Position numbers and translations under genes: made by a program
NCBI GenBank assembly: GCA_002269645.1
Contig: NIVC01001232.1
Location: 86,238-150,237 of the forward strand
Reading direction: 5' to 3'
Length of the DNA stretch: 64,000 bases
Source of the DNA: Macrostomum lignano
Taxonomy: Eukaryota
Part shown: piece by piece, positions 33,299 to 46,410 of the stretch
Numbering within the stretch: position 1 is the stretch's first letter
Layout: every line of letters begins with the position of its first letter
Notes under the pieces: model-generated
Told to the model about the DNA's origin: nothing
Database searches by the model: none
What the model saw: only the letters and a program-made list of their open reading frames with translations

Positions 33299-36281
33299 TT
33301 TTTATCGTCGATTTCACTGTTCCGAAATATAAATGGTTCTAAGAATCCCTGACACAGGAAATTTTACACTGAATTGGACTTAATAATTACCACTAGAATT
33401 GTGTATTATAACCAGTATGTCTAAGCGCTTTTTAAAACCATGTTCTACTCGAAGGTTAAATACTTTCAATGACTCTAACTCAAACTTTCCTGATACATTA
33501 AAGCCCACTTTTAATTTTTAGGCTTACAAAAAATTACGTATTTATTATAGACTTTATCACTAAAGCCTCGCTTTACCTTTATATTTGCTTTCTTTGTTAA
33601 AAACCAACTAAATTTAAATCTAACGTCGTGCTAAACTGACTTCACGCTGACAGACAGACTGACGACGCCAATTTGCTATCGATTTACACAGCGAAGGTTC
33701 TTTTCTATGTTCTACAAGGTTTTTCTAATTTAAATGCTTTTCTATGCCTAGAAACATATTTTAAGTGAGTAAGGAGTACCAAGGGGCCCAAAAAGGCTTT
33801 TAAGTCTAATGCTTATTTTTTTTCTTAGAATATTTTTAGCAACTGTACAAGGTCAAAACTGAAAAAGCTACATGTAAATCTAGTTTATTAAAAACTCCTT
33901 TCTTTGTTGCCTCTTCAAAGAGGGAGGGACATTTTGCTATTCATTCAACAACTTTTCAATTTATTAGTCACATTTTTTATTGTCTTTTCAGCATAGGCGA
34001 AAGCCTAACAACAGTTCATCTAGATTCTAGATACTAAATTCAATAAATTGTCTTTCTATTTAATTAAATATAATATATTTTTCAACAAAGTGTTTATTTG
34101 ATAGATTGTCTGATTATTTATTTAATATATAGGGCCTAGCTTATTTATAGGCCAAAAATTTCATGTCAAATAAAATAACTACAAATTAAAAATATTAGCC
34201 TAGGCCTAATGCTAATAGGCCTCAGACAATTAGCTAAAAACCTATTTGTTTGCCATAAACTTAATTGGTAAACTCCTTAAACTGATATCTATCAATTGGA
34301 ATTGCAATATATGCAATAGGCCCTAGTCTCAAGTATCAATCACCATCTTGGGGTTGTTTAGAGATAGGCCCTACTTTTTAGGGTAGTTTAAAGATGATTC
34401 TCATTATAGATAAAAGACAATTCTCAGGATAGTTTGGAGACGATACTCAATGTAGTTTGTGTCTATTAGAATGGTCCTAGCCTATGATAAAATAGTTAGG
34501 CAACATGCTAAAGATCTTAAGGCTTATTCCATATAAGATGGACATATTTGGAAAATAGAAAAAAAGTCAATATTTTTGCTTGCCATTGCCTAATTAGCCT
34601 ATTTTTTTACCAAATGTTTATATTGTGCAATATATACAATCTAAGAATAAAGGAATGGTAAAATGTTGGATTAGTATGTTATCAATTGGCAAAAAGTCAT
34701 TTTTGTAAAAATTTGGACATTTTTCGAAGCAAAAGACATCATTAAGATTTTGTACCTTTTAAAAACAAATAGAAAGCTTTTGAAGGTTGAAACAAACTAT
34801 AGATAAAAGTATAGTACTTGCATCATCAGATAAAAGCATTGGTGACCAAATAATCTATTATATTTTTAATGTATTAGTACCTCAAAGTTACTGAATTGAC
34901 AGAAAAAAATATGTTACGACCATAATGTTACGACCATAAGGCTGCCTTTTCTTTTGTATCTTTGTTGCCTTTTGAGTTTATATATTCTAATAAAAGAGTA
35001 TGATTTCTAAAGATGTTCTTAGTCAAATTTTAAAAATGTATTGCAAAATATCAAAAATGAAAAATGTTATAAGACTTTTACCTTTTAGTTTCTATATGTC
35101 AAAAATCCTGTCGTTACGACCATAAGTGTCATTTAAGGTTTAATAGCATCTATACTAATGATGATATCTATATGAAACTCTATAAATATATTCTAGACAA
35201 AATAATCTTTCATTTAAAATATTGGTTTAGTATATTCTATTATTAGATTTCATTTTATAAGTAAAAATAACCTGTCATGTTACGACCATGCTTATATGGA
35301 ATGAGCCTTAAGTTTAATTTTTTAGTTGTTATTATGATAATCATCTACTTTTTCATTTTATAGGCCTAGTTCTAATAGCCACCTTTACCTATCCCCTTTT
35401 TTGCCCCTTTATAACTAATGATTAATTAGGCCTATTGTAAATATAGATTCATTATGACACTAGTTTTTTCTACTATTAGGCTAAGTCATGAGTATTAAAA
35501 TCAAACTTTTTAGCAGCTCTTATATGCCTAGAGCTAAGCTCTACTTTAATATTATATAGGACAGATCAGTTATGGATTAATTGAATTTTTTTTAACATTT
35601 AATATTTTACTTTTTTACCTTCTTTATTTATTTATAAACAAAGTCTTTGACTAATTTTAATATTTAAAACTTTATGCTAAATAAACAAACAAACATATAT
35701 TAAGATGAATAAATTATGTTTATATGTTTAGCAAATAAAACAACTTTTTGTTGGCAAAAAACCTACTTTTGATAAATAAACTTTTGGCAAATTGACTTGC
35801 TATTAAAATTGGCAGTTGTTATTTGTCTGGTGACCAGATGAAAAGCCTTTTTGTTATTTGTCCAGTTAAATTGCTAACACAAGTATCTATTTCTTTCGTG
35901 ATAAATATTCTAGATTTTTAGGATCCTAATCATTTCATCAACTGGCGTTTCATCAACTAGCCATTTCTTCAACTCGGTTTTATCACTGGTCGTTTCATCA
36001 ACTAGCCAATGAAACAATCTCAAACCTCGGTCACTTTGTCAAATGGCTAACAGGGAGTTTCCCAACATTGGCCACTTTGTCAACTGCCAATAAACTACCC
36101 CCTCGCAGCTGCAAAATATAAACTAAACCAAAAATGACTAAGTTGACAGGCTAATTAATATTCATACCCTTCTGCAACATCTGCTGGCTTTTGATAGATG
36201 CATCTCTTGTTATATGCTTGTACATGTACTAACAAAATATAATGTGCTCATATGTTTGAAATGTGTGAAATCATGCTTGGG

Positions 36282-36437
36282 TGCAACCTTGGGATTCACC
36301 TGGCCGTTTCTATTGGCAACACACGCATGTAAGTCACTATTGGCTGAGAGCAGTCATGTGACTATTGTTCTGTCCAATAGCGACTTACATGTGTGTGTTG
36401 CCAATAGAAACGGCTGGGTGAATCCCAAAGTTGTGCA
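36282..36437. mobile_element. ~155 bp palindromic MITE, copy 1
   Basis: ttgggattcacc.ggccgtttctattggcaacacac.catgtaagtc.ctattgg pairs with its reverse complement around a short loop. Confidence 0.85.
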
Positions 36438-37496
36438 TGTATATGTGAAATGGAGAAATACCCATGTTACATAGTTGCATGTATGGTCACAACACACAAA
36501 TACTCAAGATTCATTAATGCCCAGATGCATGGGTATGAGTGCATATGGGTGATGCATTTGCATAGAATATTTGCATTGAAACATTTAACCTAATGGAAAT
36601 GCAGTCTGGTATTGAATAATTGCAAAATTTATTTGTTTTAAAAATAAGGCAATTTATAAAACAAGTCATCAATATAACAATAATTGTAAGCTATAGAAGA
36701 TTATGCAGCTATATCAGCTACATATGTGTATCATTCATATAATGAAAATTTTAGTCACTTTGTCAACTGAGTAGACAAAACACCAGTTGACAAAATGACC
36801 ATCACCTGATTTTTTAGACCTTTTCTTGTATACTGATTAATATTTTGTTGTATACTAGTGTAAGCAAAGTAGTGTAGCCTTCCAATTTAGCATAATTTGG
36901 TACATAAGACATACTAGTATAACAACATAATAATCAAAATATGAGTAAGAAGTCTTTGAAGTCTAGGAATATTCACCCTTGTAGTTTCTATGAAATAGAT
37001 ATTTTAGCATTATCAATTTAACTAGACAAATAACAAGTGCCATTAAAATTAGTAGATAGGCCTAGCCTATATTATGATAGACAAAAAATAAGGGTTAAAC
37101 AAGATGTCAATCTCAATCATTAAGGTACCAATTCCTTAAAAATCTTAATCTTGGTTTCAAGATCTTAAAGAATGTCAAGATTTGCAATTGACTATTTGTG
37201 ACTAATATTATATTATTATAGCAATCTTCCAGTTTTGTTTCTTGATATTATTTTTTAGTTTAAATTGTTATTACAATATAGTGCTATAATAGAAAATGAT
37301 GTCTGACCAAAAGAGATAGGAAATGGTATCAGAAAATATTCTAGCCTCTAGCTCTTTTTACTGCTTTATCTATTGCTCTATCTATTGCTACTTTTACTAC
37401 TTTATCTATTGCTCTATTTATTAACTCTAGCTACTGCTCCATTTAAGCTTTAAAATAAAACTGTGAAGCAAACTAGAAACAAGCTAAACATCCTTG

Positions 37497-37652
37497 GGCA
37501 CAATCTAGGGATTCACCCGGCCATTTCTATTGGCAACACACATATAAGTTGCTATTAGATGGAATAGTAGTCACATGACTACCCTTAGCCAATAGTGACT
37601 TATATGTGTGTGTTGCCAATAGAAACGGCCAAGTGATTCCCAAGGTTGCGCA
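37497..37652. mobile_element. ~155 bp palindromic MITE, copy 2 (third decayed half-copy at ~37885-37960)
   Basis: Same arms as 36282-36437. Confidence 0.82.
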
Positions 37653-39269
37653 TGTATGAAGCTAAAAATAAGTAACAATATTATAAAAACAAGATAAAAT
37701 AGTATAAATAAATACACCTTCTAGATGCAAATTACTAGGCCTAATCTCAAATCTCAATTGAATCTTGATTATCTTGAAAGTATAGATCTTGGGTCTTAAA
37801 ATCTTGAAAGTTTTATATTGTCCAACCCCTAAACAGAACGTTATGCCAAATAAAATTTAATAGACAAAATTGCATTATGCATAACCTTGAGAATCACATA
37901 GCCATTTCTGTTGGCAATATATACATGTAAGTTGATATTGGCTAAGAATAGTAATATGACTAATCTTTACCTATAAAAACCAAAACTCTATATGTATCTA
38001 TTGACAATTTTGTTTGCTATGGACTCCCAAACTGCTCAACCAAATCACACCAAATCTTGCACCCACCCTAAACTAACTAGGGAAAATGTCTTAGGCTACT
38101 TTAAAATTTCCTAGACTCAAGTCTTCCTATCTAAAAGTGCAAAAAACTGCTCAAAATGCATGATTTTTTCACTCAATCCTACATAGTGCCACTCTACTTC
38201 TACCAATCCTCTTCCAATTTGGCACAATCAATCTTTAACTATTTTGACACAATTGTGTAAAATTTAGAGTCTCAAAGTTAATCCTGAATAGTGCTGTGCA
38301 CTTTAAAAAAGTTAGGCTGCTTTTTATAGCAAGGCTGCCACCCCAACCTTTGCCTTCCCTTGAATCCCCTTTATCTAGCTAGATGTATAGAAGGAAGTTT
38401 AAAAATTGACTAACTTTTGGCTGCCATAAGTTTGCTCCATATGAAGCGCTTGACTTAAAAATTGACAATTCTTCATTGACTTATTCTTTGCCTAAATGTA
38501 AAGTCTCAACTGTGTAACTCTATCAGAACAGAAACTGTTAGCATGTGAAGTTTGTCTACTTTTTTATTGTTTGTGCCACTCACTCACTCATTCCCCAAAT
38601 GCCCCCAGTCCAAACCAAGGGTCAGGCAATAGGGCTCAGTGTACATAGCAAATGTACAGTGTTTTGAAATAGCTTTATTTTTATAGCCTTCTCTGCTATC
38701 CATGCGTGGAGAGGCTACATTTAGCCATGACAGTTTAGTGAGCAATTTCAACCACGGTCTTCTATTATAGTCAAGTCTGCAGCAGTTTAATAAGTAGATG
38801 GAAAATCAAGGCAATGCAGCATGGTTTTGTTTGTAAAATTAATGAATAATAACCAATTTAGCAATTACAATACAATCCTTCAAAATTAGTTACACCATGA
38901 AAAAATTAACAATAAGTGTCACTTCAGAGGTACTTTAATAAGTTAAAATTTAAATGGCCTCCTAAAAATGTATATTTCCTTGGTTGTTAGACTGCTACAG
39001 ACTGCGGTAGATCTAGAGGTACACAAATTCCTTTCAGGGCTGCAAATTGGCCAAAAAGATGACATGATCAAATCAGTTAGCCAACTGCAGACGGAATGAA
39101 ACAACCATGAGAGTTAAATCCCAAAAACTGGCTTTTGAAGTAGGGATTGGCAGATTTTTACCTATGAAAGTCAGGCAGTCCTGACAGAGACTAATTGGCA
39201 AACAGATCCGGTTCTATCAGGCAGAAGTTGGCGCCCTAAGGCCAGACAAAGAATCCAGCTCATGGTTGT

Positions 39270-39570
39270 AGGTCAGATGAAAGTAGAAAGGAGAAAGAAT
39301 AAACTATTAGAAAAGAAGAGAGGTGAGATAGGGATAAGAGAAAAGATAGAAGATAAGAGACAAAACAAGGGGTAAGAAGAGAAAAGGAAAAAAGGGGGGA
39401 GAAAGAAGTGAGAGGAAAGGTGATGGAAAAAGGGGTGAAAGGAGGGAGGGACAAAACAAGGGGTGAGAGAAGCGAGAGGAGAGAGTAGAGATGAGAAGAG
39501 AAAGACAGAAAAGCAATGAGATAAAAGAGTAGAGAGGAGATAAGAGAGCAGAGAGGAGAAGCTGCGGGTT
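39270..39570 (+). repeat. Purine-rich (AG) low-complexity tract
   Basis: Nearly all A/G over ~300 bp. Confidence 0.9.
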
Positions 39571-39734
39571 TCAACAGCTTGTATTGCAAATAATCCCAAG
39601 GTTTGCCTAAGCATGGAAAAAACCATTGTCAACCATTTAAAACATTAATGATTTTATAATTTTTGAGATTCTTGGGATTCTTTAACTTTTATTGATTGTC
39701 AACTTTGAAAAAATTTATGGCAAATCCTTGCTAG

Positions 39735-40022
39735 CATACATGCGCGACCTCCAAAATTCGGTCGGCCGTGCGACTTAGTTTTAACAAAAATGCGACGTAG
39801 TTGTTGGCCAAAAATGCGACTTACATGTAAAAAACCGCAAATAACGCAACTTTGGGTAAACGGCAGGAGTAACTATGACTGTCTTATAAAGCCAAAATGC
39901 CTCGTCAGCTACTTAGTACCACTACTTCGTGTTTTTCGCGTGGGCATTTTTGCGACTTCCATGGTTGGCCGCCAAATCGGTCGGCCGGATCGGCCGACTC
40001 GGCCGACTGTTGCGCATGTATG
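39735..40022. mobile_element. 288 bp MITE with 8 bp TSD (hAT- or P-type)
   Basis: TIR CATACATGCGC/GCGCATGTATG; TSD CTTGCTAG on both sides (39727-39734, 40023-40030). Confidence 0.88.
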
Positions 40023-40293
40023 CTTGCTAGTATGGCCTATAATTATAACTATATTTTAGTATATAGGAAGCTAATTAAGATATTTAAACAAAGGTAAGTA
40101 AAATGTTCAAGTAATTAAAAATATATATTGCTTAAGGGTTGAGTGTTTCTATAGACTTATAATTTATTGATCAGTTGTGCAATGTTTGCCTTGTCTACTT
40201 TTTCACTTGGTCAGATAGCCAAGTTGGCTAGGTTTTATGTAAACATATGGTCATATGACCTTTTGAAGGTCAGTGACAGTATAAAATTAAAAA

Positions 40294-40631
40294 GGCATGT
40301 CAACTTAAGCTCTTAAAGTGGAGCCCAAGTAACCTATATACACAAATGATATGTCATTCTACTTACAGTAACACCAGAAAGCAGGGTTTGGCAAAAAAGT
40401 GACAAAAATTAGAGTTGGAGAACAAGCAAGGAGGTATTAGGTAACTATTATGTTAACTTAAGCTCATAAAGTAGAGTCTCTAAATTCATCCCCTTGCTTT
40501 TTCTCATCTATCCAAAGTCGATTTTTTGTCACTTGCCAAACCCAGCTTCTTTGCATCATTGTGAACAGAATGACATCATTTGTATAGATAGGTTACTCAG
40601 GCTCCACTTTATAAGCTTCAGTTGACAGGCC
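40294..40631. mobile_element. ~340 bp foldback MITE with long imperfect inverted arms
   Basis: ggcatgtcaacttaagctcttaaagtggagccc.agtaacctat..caaatgat..gtcattct mirrored at the right end. Confidence 0.8.
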
Positions 40632-40659
40632 CTTTGTGCATATCATCTAATAAAAAGAC

Positions 40660-41542
40660 TTAATTTCCTAACAAGTTTCTATATTTGTTTTGAATAATTT
40701 GGCAAAGTGGCCCACTCAGTAAGTCAGCATAGTAAGCAGCATTGACTTTGCAGCCTGAATCAAGGAAGTCAAAGCTAATTAAAGTGGCCTTCTTTTGGCC
40801 TGGGCCACTCACGTGACTGCCCCTTGGTTTCCGGATTGTAGTATGTGAGCCAGGTCTCGTCCACAGTGACGATGCACTGTGAGAATCCACAGTGAGAATG
40901 CTTCGTCATACTTCTCAGCCAGAGTCAGCAGGTGTTTGCACGTGTCAGCTTGCTCGTGCTTCTGGTGGATGTGCAACAGCCAAGCCATCAATTTGGCTGA
41001 CAGCTTGCTCAACTGCAACTCGGCATGCAGAATCGCCTGAACGCGTGCTACACCGATGCCACAACAGTAATCAATTTCGTCTCGCGAACAGTAAATTGCA
41101 TGTCCTCCATTGCCATGTCGGCTACCAGCTGATTTTGTTTCCTTGGAAAGTGACGTGGTGCGTGGTCTGCCACACTTTGTCTCGTCTTCCAAGGACTCCT
41201 GGACAGACTTAAACCGATCCATCCACCTGTAAACAGTAGCTCGTGATTTGGCATCATCACCAAAGACAGCGGTGCAGGCGGTGGGTGATTTCAGCTGCCT
41301 TCATCCTTTCATTCTAGAAGAAAAACATGGTGGCTCGTTAGGAATTTTTAACAGTTTGAATCTTGGCTGAAAAGGTAGCTTACGGAATTTAGCTTAGCTA
41401 GACAATCAATGTTTCAATTTAGATGAAATTTAATACGAAGCACAATGGTATGTTCATTTATAAAGTGTAAAGTTTCAAAGCAATGACACGAAGCACCTGA
41501 ATTCAATGGCAAAAATCCCTTAGATTTCGGAACACCCATCGT
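40660..41542 (-). mobile_element. Degenerate mariner (Tc1/mariner) transposon, 3'-truncated
   Basis: Broken frames with W.DRFK..QESLEDETKCGRPRT, LSKLSAKLMAWLL..QK..C..LL, FDFLDSGCKVNAAYYADLL; mariner-like end cgatgggtgttccgaaat at ~41540. Confidence 0.85.
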
Positions 41543-41570
41543 TATTTCTATAGGGCCTAATACACTAGTA

Positions 41571-41885
41571 GGGAGTTGTAGCCTTGTGGTTAGAGCATAG
41601 GATTTACGACTGAAAGGTCAGTGGTTCGATTCCCGATTTCACTGGAACAATTTGTGTCCTTGAGCAATACACTTAACTCTGCATTGCTTCAGTTCACCCA
41701 GCTATAAGATGGGTGCCAGCATTAGATGGGGTAATTGAGGGTGTGTGTGGTGACCCCCCAGTCCTTGGACTGAACAGCCGTACGCAGCCTTCAGATGCGT
41801 CCGCGCACGCGCAATAGCTGCGGCTGAGCTGTCGGTTGCACATCTGGCCATTAGGGTGGGTGTAATCAATATATATATATATTAT
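41571..41885 (+). mobile_element. tRNA-derived SINE with CORE (MIR-like) domain
   Basis: A-box tagccttgtggttag, B-box ggttcgattcc, then tgtgtccttgagcaatacacttaactct..cttcagtt..ctataagatggg (MIR-CORE-like), ending in a (TA)n tail. Confidence 0.8.
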
Positions 41886-43042
41886 TAATTAGTACAAGTA
41901 ATTATACAGAATTTTTAGTTGGTACCAGTATACCTCCTATTGTGGCCAAGGATAAAATTATGCCAGATGGTCTTAAAGTTTGCCAGTCTTCTTTTCATTT
42001 GCTGCAGACACAATTGAGTATTTAGCGGCTAAAGTTTAGCCAGCATTTTTTAATTCACACCAGACAGCTGTCTGCACAAACCCATTTGCCACAATAAAGC
42101 CAGTACCCAGAGTATCATCAGCAACTAGGAGACAGTTGTTATTCCCAGGCTAGTGGCTTTGAAAAGGCTACTCAACCAATTTAATCTACTTCCACTGTGC
42201 TAGGCGGGGGCCCTTGGGTCTATTGCTAATTGTAGCACATAAATTACAATATTTACATTGGTCAGCTCTGCCAATTTTTTCAATGGTATTTTTAACAGTA
42301 TTCTTATGATGTCTATGCCTCATTAAGGTCTAATTTTGTATGTAGTGTCATCATTCCATCGAATATTCTTAACTAAAATATCTACATTAAATTGATTCAG
42401 CCAAGCAAATGAAACAAAAATTCGGTTCGCTATAAAACCGGAACGCCTTTGCATAATTTGGCTCCAGTTGTTTGGAGCGAGGGCGATGACGCGAAAGGGT
42501 TGAGTGGAACGTTAAACCCGCGTCACTAGACGTTGCCTTATTTAGGCATAGCACGTTGCTGCTTCGTGAGCGCCTGCTTTTGGTTAGATAGAAAGTACAT
42601 GTTGAGGACTGCCTGTGCGTACAGTTGAAAACGCCATAGAAATCCCTCTTTCCCTGCGCCGGCTGTAAACCGAAGATATTTTTGTTCTATTTTTAGCCTG
42701 CCCATGAGAACTGGTTGCCGCGCCCCGCCCTTATGCCCCGCTTGACGACGGAATGACTGTGCAGTACACTGGGCATGTCTGCAAGCCCTCTCTCTCCCCT
42801 TGCCTCGCCCTCCAGTTGTGCGTCTCCTCTCCGCGTGTCGGCTTTTTAAGGAGAGAAATTCTGTACGAATCTATAGACCTGTTTTAACTGGACTAGGCTT
42901 AGCTACCGTCGTAACTTAGAAACTAACACTTTAACTGTGCGCTTACTTGTTTAATTCTCTGCCCCTCTACAATCAATTCCACAGCGATTTTGTATTCCGC
43001 TCTCCGCAAATTTTCTCTATAACCAAAAATTGAAACGAAAAC

Positions 43043-43200
43043 ATGGCTGCTACTGAAAACCAAGCTGATTACTCGGAGGATTCAACTAAAATGTTGAAGG
43101 ACAAGACTGCGCCGGTTGACACGGAGGAAGCCTGCGCTGCCGACATGAACGGAGGCGGCGAAACCTCACAGACATCTGACAAGCATCCGCTGCACAACCG
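43043..43200 (+). CDS. EIF4E: eIF4E exon 1 (MAATENQADY..SDKHPLHNR)
   Basis: ACATGG start; donor CG|GTAAGG phase 2; ends in the conserved HPL motif; a 5'UTR acceptor is present at ~42985. Confidence 0.9.
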
Positions 43201-44319
43201 GTAAGGGCTGCTAGAATCTTTATTATTGTTTGTTATCCGTCCCAGTTTTGAGACAAGAAAGCTACCTTCCAAAGCTTCCAAATCGCATAGATTTGATTTA
43301 CTAACTGCAGCTTTATCTAGACTTCCCTAATCCCTTATGAATTTAGGCTTTAGTGTATTAATTATTAAGTACCTGTGTTATTTGTTATCTGCTTGCTTGC
43401 ATATAATTATGTTGTCTGTTTTCTTTTTTGACAAGGTTTGCCTTAGCTGCACGTTTTCTTCAGTCTGATATGTCACAGGAATTTTTTGTTTACCCTTCTG
43501 CTTTGTGCGTGCTAATGCCATCTGTCTCTCCCTCTCTCTCTGCCTGCCTGTGCGCGCACCCTGGTTTGTCATTGCCATTACCATCTGTACAGTGTGCTCT
43601 CTGATGCTTTATAACGGCGAGGCTTATTGCAGTGCCTGTGTGCTAGCAATAAATCAGCCTAAAGGTTCAGTTGAAGGTCAGAGGCTTGCCTGTCTATCCT
43701 AGGCTGCAAAAATTTGCTTGCCTTAATCCTGCCTACTTTCCTATTGGAAGGGAAGCGCTAATTACAGAGAAATCTAACACGTGTAATGGGATAAATTTAA
43801 TCTATCCTTATTTGGGCTTCTCTATTAATAGCTCAAGGTCGATATTCGAAATAATTTTATGATTCGTCTATGCCAGGCATTAGTTTGGATTCTCTAGCAC
43901 ACGTTGGTTGACTTCTCGTCCTGCTTGGTATTTCAACTCAGAAAAAAACTGTTCGCATGTCTAATTATCCAGTTGGTTATCTTATCGATTTTCCGGCCGC
44001 TGACAAAACTTGAATCTAAACTAGTTGAGCCGAGCTTACTAAGCATTCAGTTTTGGCCAACCATACGCGATGTAAACTTCTTCGCCCGGCTTGTGCGCTG
44101 TGTGCCGAAATGCATGCGATTTATTGCTTCTTACAGTGTGACCTGTGGCCTGCCTTTGAGTAGATTTGTGGCCAATCAATAGTCCTACCCCACCCGACAA
44201 ACGGGGCAATAGGAAAGTACTCTGACAATGACGTCAGTAACTTTACCTTAGCGCATGGTATTTAATCTCTTGTGTGTTATCGAACAATACTAGCTGACAA
44301 TGTCTGAATCTTACCATAC

Positions 44320-45810
44320 TTTCACTGGGAGATGTCTGAATCTTTCCATACTTTCACTGGGAGATACCTGTGTCTTACCAGACTGTTACCTGGGAAATGC
44401 CTGTGTCTTACCAGACTGTTACCTGGGAGATGCCTGTGTCTTACAGACTGTTACCTGGGAAATGCCTGTGTCTTACCAGACTGTTACCTGGGAGATGTCT
44501 GTGTCTTACCAGACTGTCACCTGGGAGATGCCTGTGTCTTACCAGACTGTTACCTGGGAGATGCCTGTGTCTTACCAGACTGTTACCTGGGAGATGCCTG
44601 TGTCTTACCAGACTGTTACCTGGGAGATGCCTGTGTCTTACCAGACTGTCACCTGGGAGATGTCTGTGTCTTACCAGACTGTCACCTGGGAGATGCCTGT
44701 GTCTTACCAGACTGTTACCTGGGAGATGCCTATGTCTTACCAGACTGTTACCTAGGAGATGCCTGTGTCTTACCAGACTGTTACCTGGGAGATGCCTGTG
44801 TCTTACCAGACTGTTACCTGGGAGATGCCTGTGTCTTACCAGACTGTTACCTGGGAGATGCCTGTGTCTTACCAAACTGTTACTTGGGAGATGTCTGTGT
44901 CTTACCAGACTGCCACCTGGGAGATGCCTGTGTCTTACCAGACTGTTACCTGGGAGATGCCTGTGTCTTACCAGACTGTCACCTGGGAGATGCCTGTGTC
45001 TTACCAGACTGTTACCTGGGAGATGCCTGTGTCTTACCAGACTGTTACCTGTGAGATGTCTGTGTCTTACCAGACTGTTACCTGGGAGATGTCTGTGTCT
45101 TACCAGACTGTTACCTGGGAGATGCCTGTGTCTTACCAAACTGTTACTTGGGAGATGTCTGTGTCTTACCAGACTGTTACCTGGGAGATGCCTGTGTCTT
45201 ACCAGACTGTTACTTGGGAGATGTCTGTGTCTTACCAGACTGTTACCTGGGAGATGTCTGTGTCTTACCAGACTGTTACTTGGGAGATGTCTGTGTCTTA
45301 CCAGACTGTTACCTGGGAGATGCCTGTGTCTTACCAGACTGTTACCTGGGAAATGCCTGTGTCTTACCAGACTGTTACCTGGGAGATGTCTGTGTCTTAC
45401 AGACTGTCACCTGGGAGATGCCTGTGTCTTACCAGACTGTCACCTGGGAGATGCCTGTGTCTTACCAGACTGTTACCTGGGAGATGTCTGTGTCTTACCA
45501 GACTGTTACCTGGGAGATGTCTGTGTCTTACCAGACTGTTACCTGGGAGATGCCTGTGTCTTACCAGACTCACCGGAAGATTTCTGTCTTACCAGACTCA
45601 CCGGGGAGATTTCTGTCTTACCAGACTTACCTGAAAGATGTCTGTCTTACCAGACTTACCTGAAAGATGTCTGTCTTACCAGACTTACCTGAAAGATGTC
45701 TGTCTTACCAGACTTACCTGAAAGATGTCTGTCTTACCAGACTTACCTGAAAGATGTCTGTCTTACCAGACTTACCTGAAAGATGTCTGTCTTACCAGAT
45801 TGTCACGTGG
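44320..45810. repeat. 33 bp minisatellite (TGCCTGTGTCTTACCAGACTGTTACCTGGGAGA) grading into a 29 bp derivative, in the eIF4E intron
   Basis: Regular period; source of the repetitive ORFs. Confidence 0.97.
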
Positions 45811-45881
45811 GAGATGTCTGTCTTCACAATTGCGAATTAGGGCAAAATTTAACTAAAACTCTCCCCAACCCCAATCAACAG

Positions 45882-46410
45882 CTGGACTCTGTGGTTCTTC
45901 AAAAACGACCGGCACAAGACCTGGAATGAGAACCAGAAGCAAGTGACCAGTTTCGGCTTTGTAGAAGATTTCTGGGCCCTGTTCAACCACATCCAGCCAG
46001 CCAGCAAGCTGCCTGTTGGCTGCGACTATTCCCTGTTCAAGGAGGGCATCAATCCCATGTGGGAGGATCCCAACAATCTGAAGGGCGGCCGCTGGTTGAT
46101 CACGCTGGACAAGACCAAGCGCAATCTCAGTATGGACAGCTTCTGGATTGAGACTCTTCTATTGTTAATCGGCGAAGGCTTCGACGACGATTCAGACGAA
46201 GTGTGCGGCGCTATAGTTCAAATCCGAGCCAAGCAGGATAAACTGTCCGTGTGGACTCGGACAGCTGTCAATAAGGACGCTTGCACTAATATCGGCCACC
46301 GGCTCAAAGAGGCCCTGCAGATTCCGGAGAATATTCAAATTGCCTACCAGACCCACGTAGATCAGGAGCAGAAGAGCTCTAGCATGGCCAAGTCCACCTA
46401 CGTGTTGTAG
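45882..46410 (+). CDS. EIF4E: eIF4E exon 2; class I cap-binding protein
   Basis: WTLWFFKND..KTW, VEDFWALFNHI, FKEGINPMWED, GGRW, FWIETLLLLIGE, KLSVW: all eight conserved Trp present; CAG|C acceptor phase 2. Confidence 0.96.

Noticed and set aside
33400-38900. Hidden gene in the long AT-rich block
   Set aside because: No coherent ORF or exon chain found; looks like decayed repeats with short subterminal-type motifs
39260-39632. Hydrophobic multi-TM-looking ORFs
   Set aside because: Reverse complement of a purine-rich low-complexity tract
41571-41645. tRNA gene
   Set aside because: A and B boxes are present, but the acceptor stem is not complementary and the sequence continues into a SINE body
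44300-45692. Cys-rich 11-residue repeat ORFs
   Set aside because: 33 bp satellite inside the eIF4E intron; the flanking exons join in frame without it
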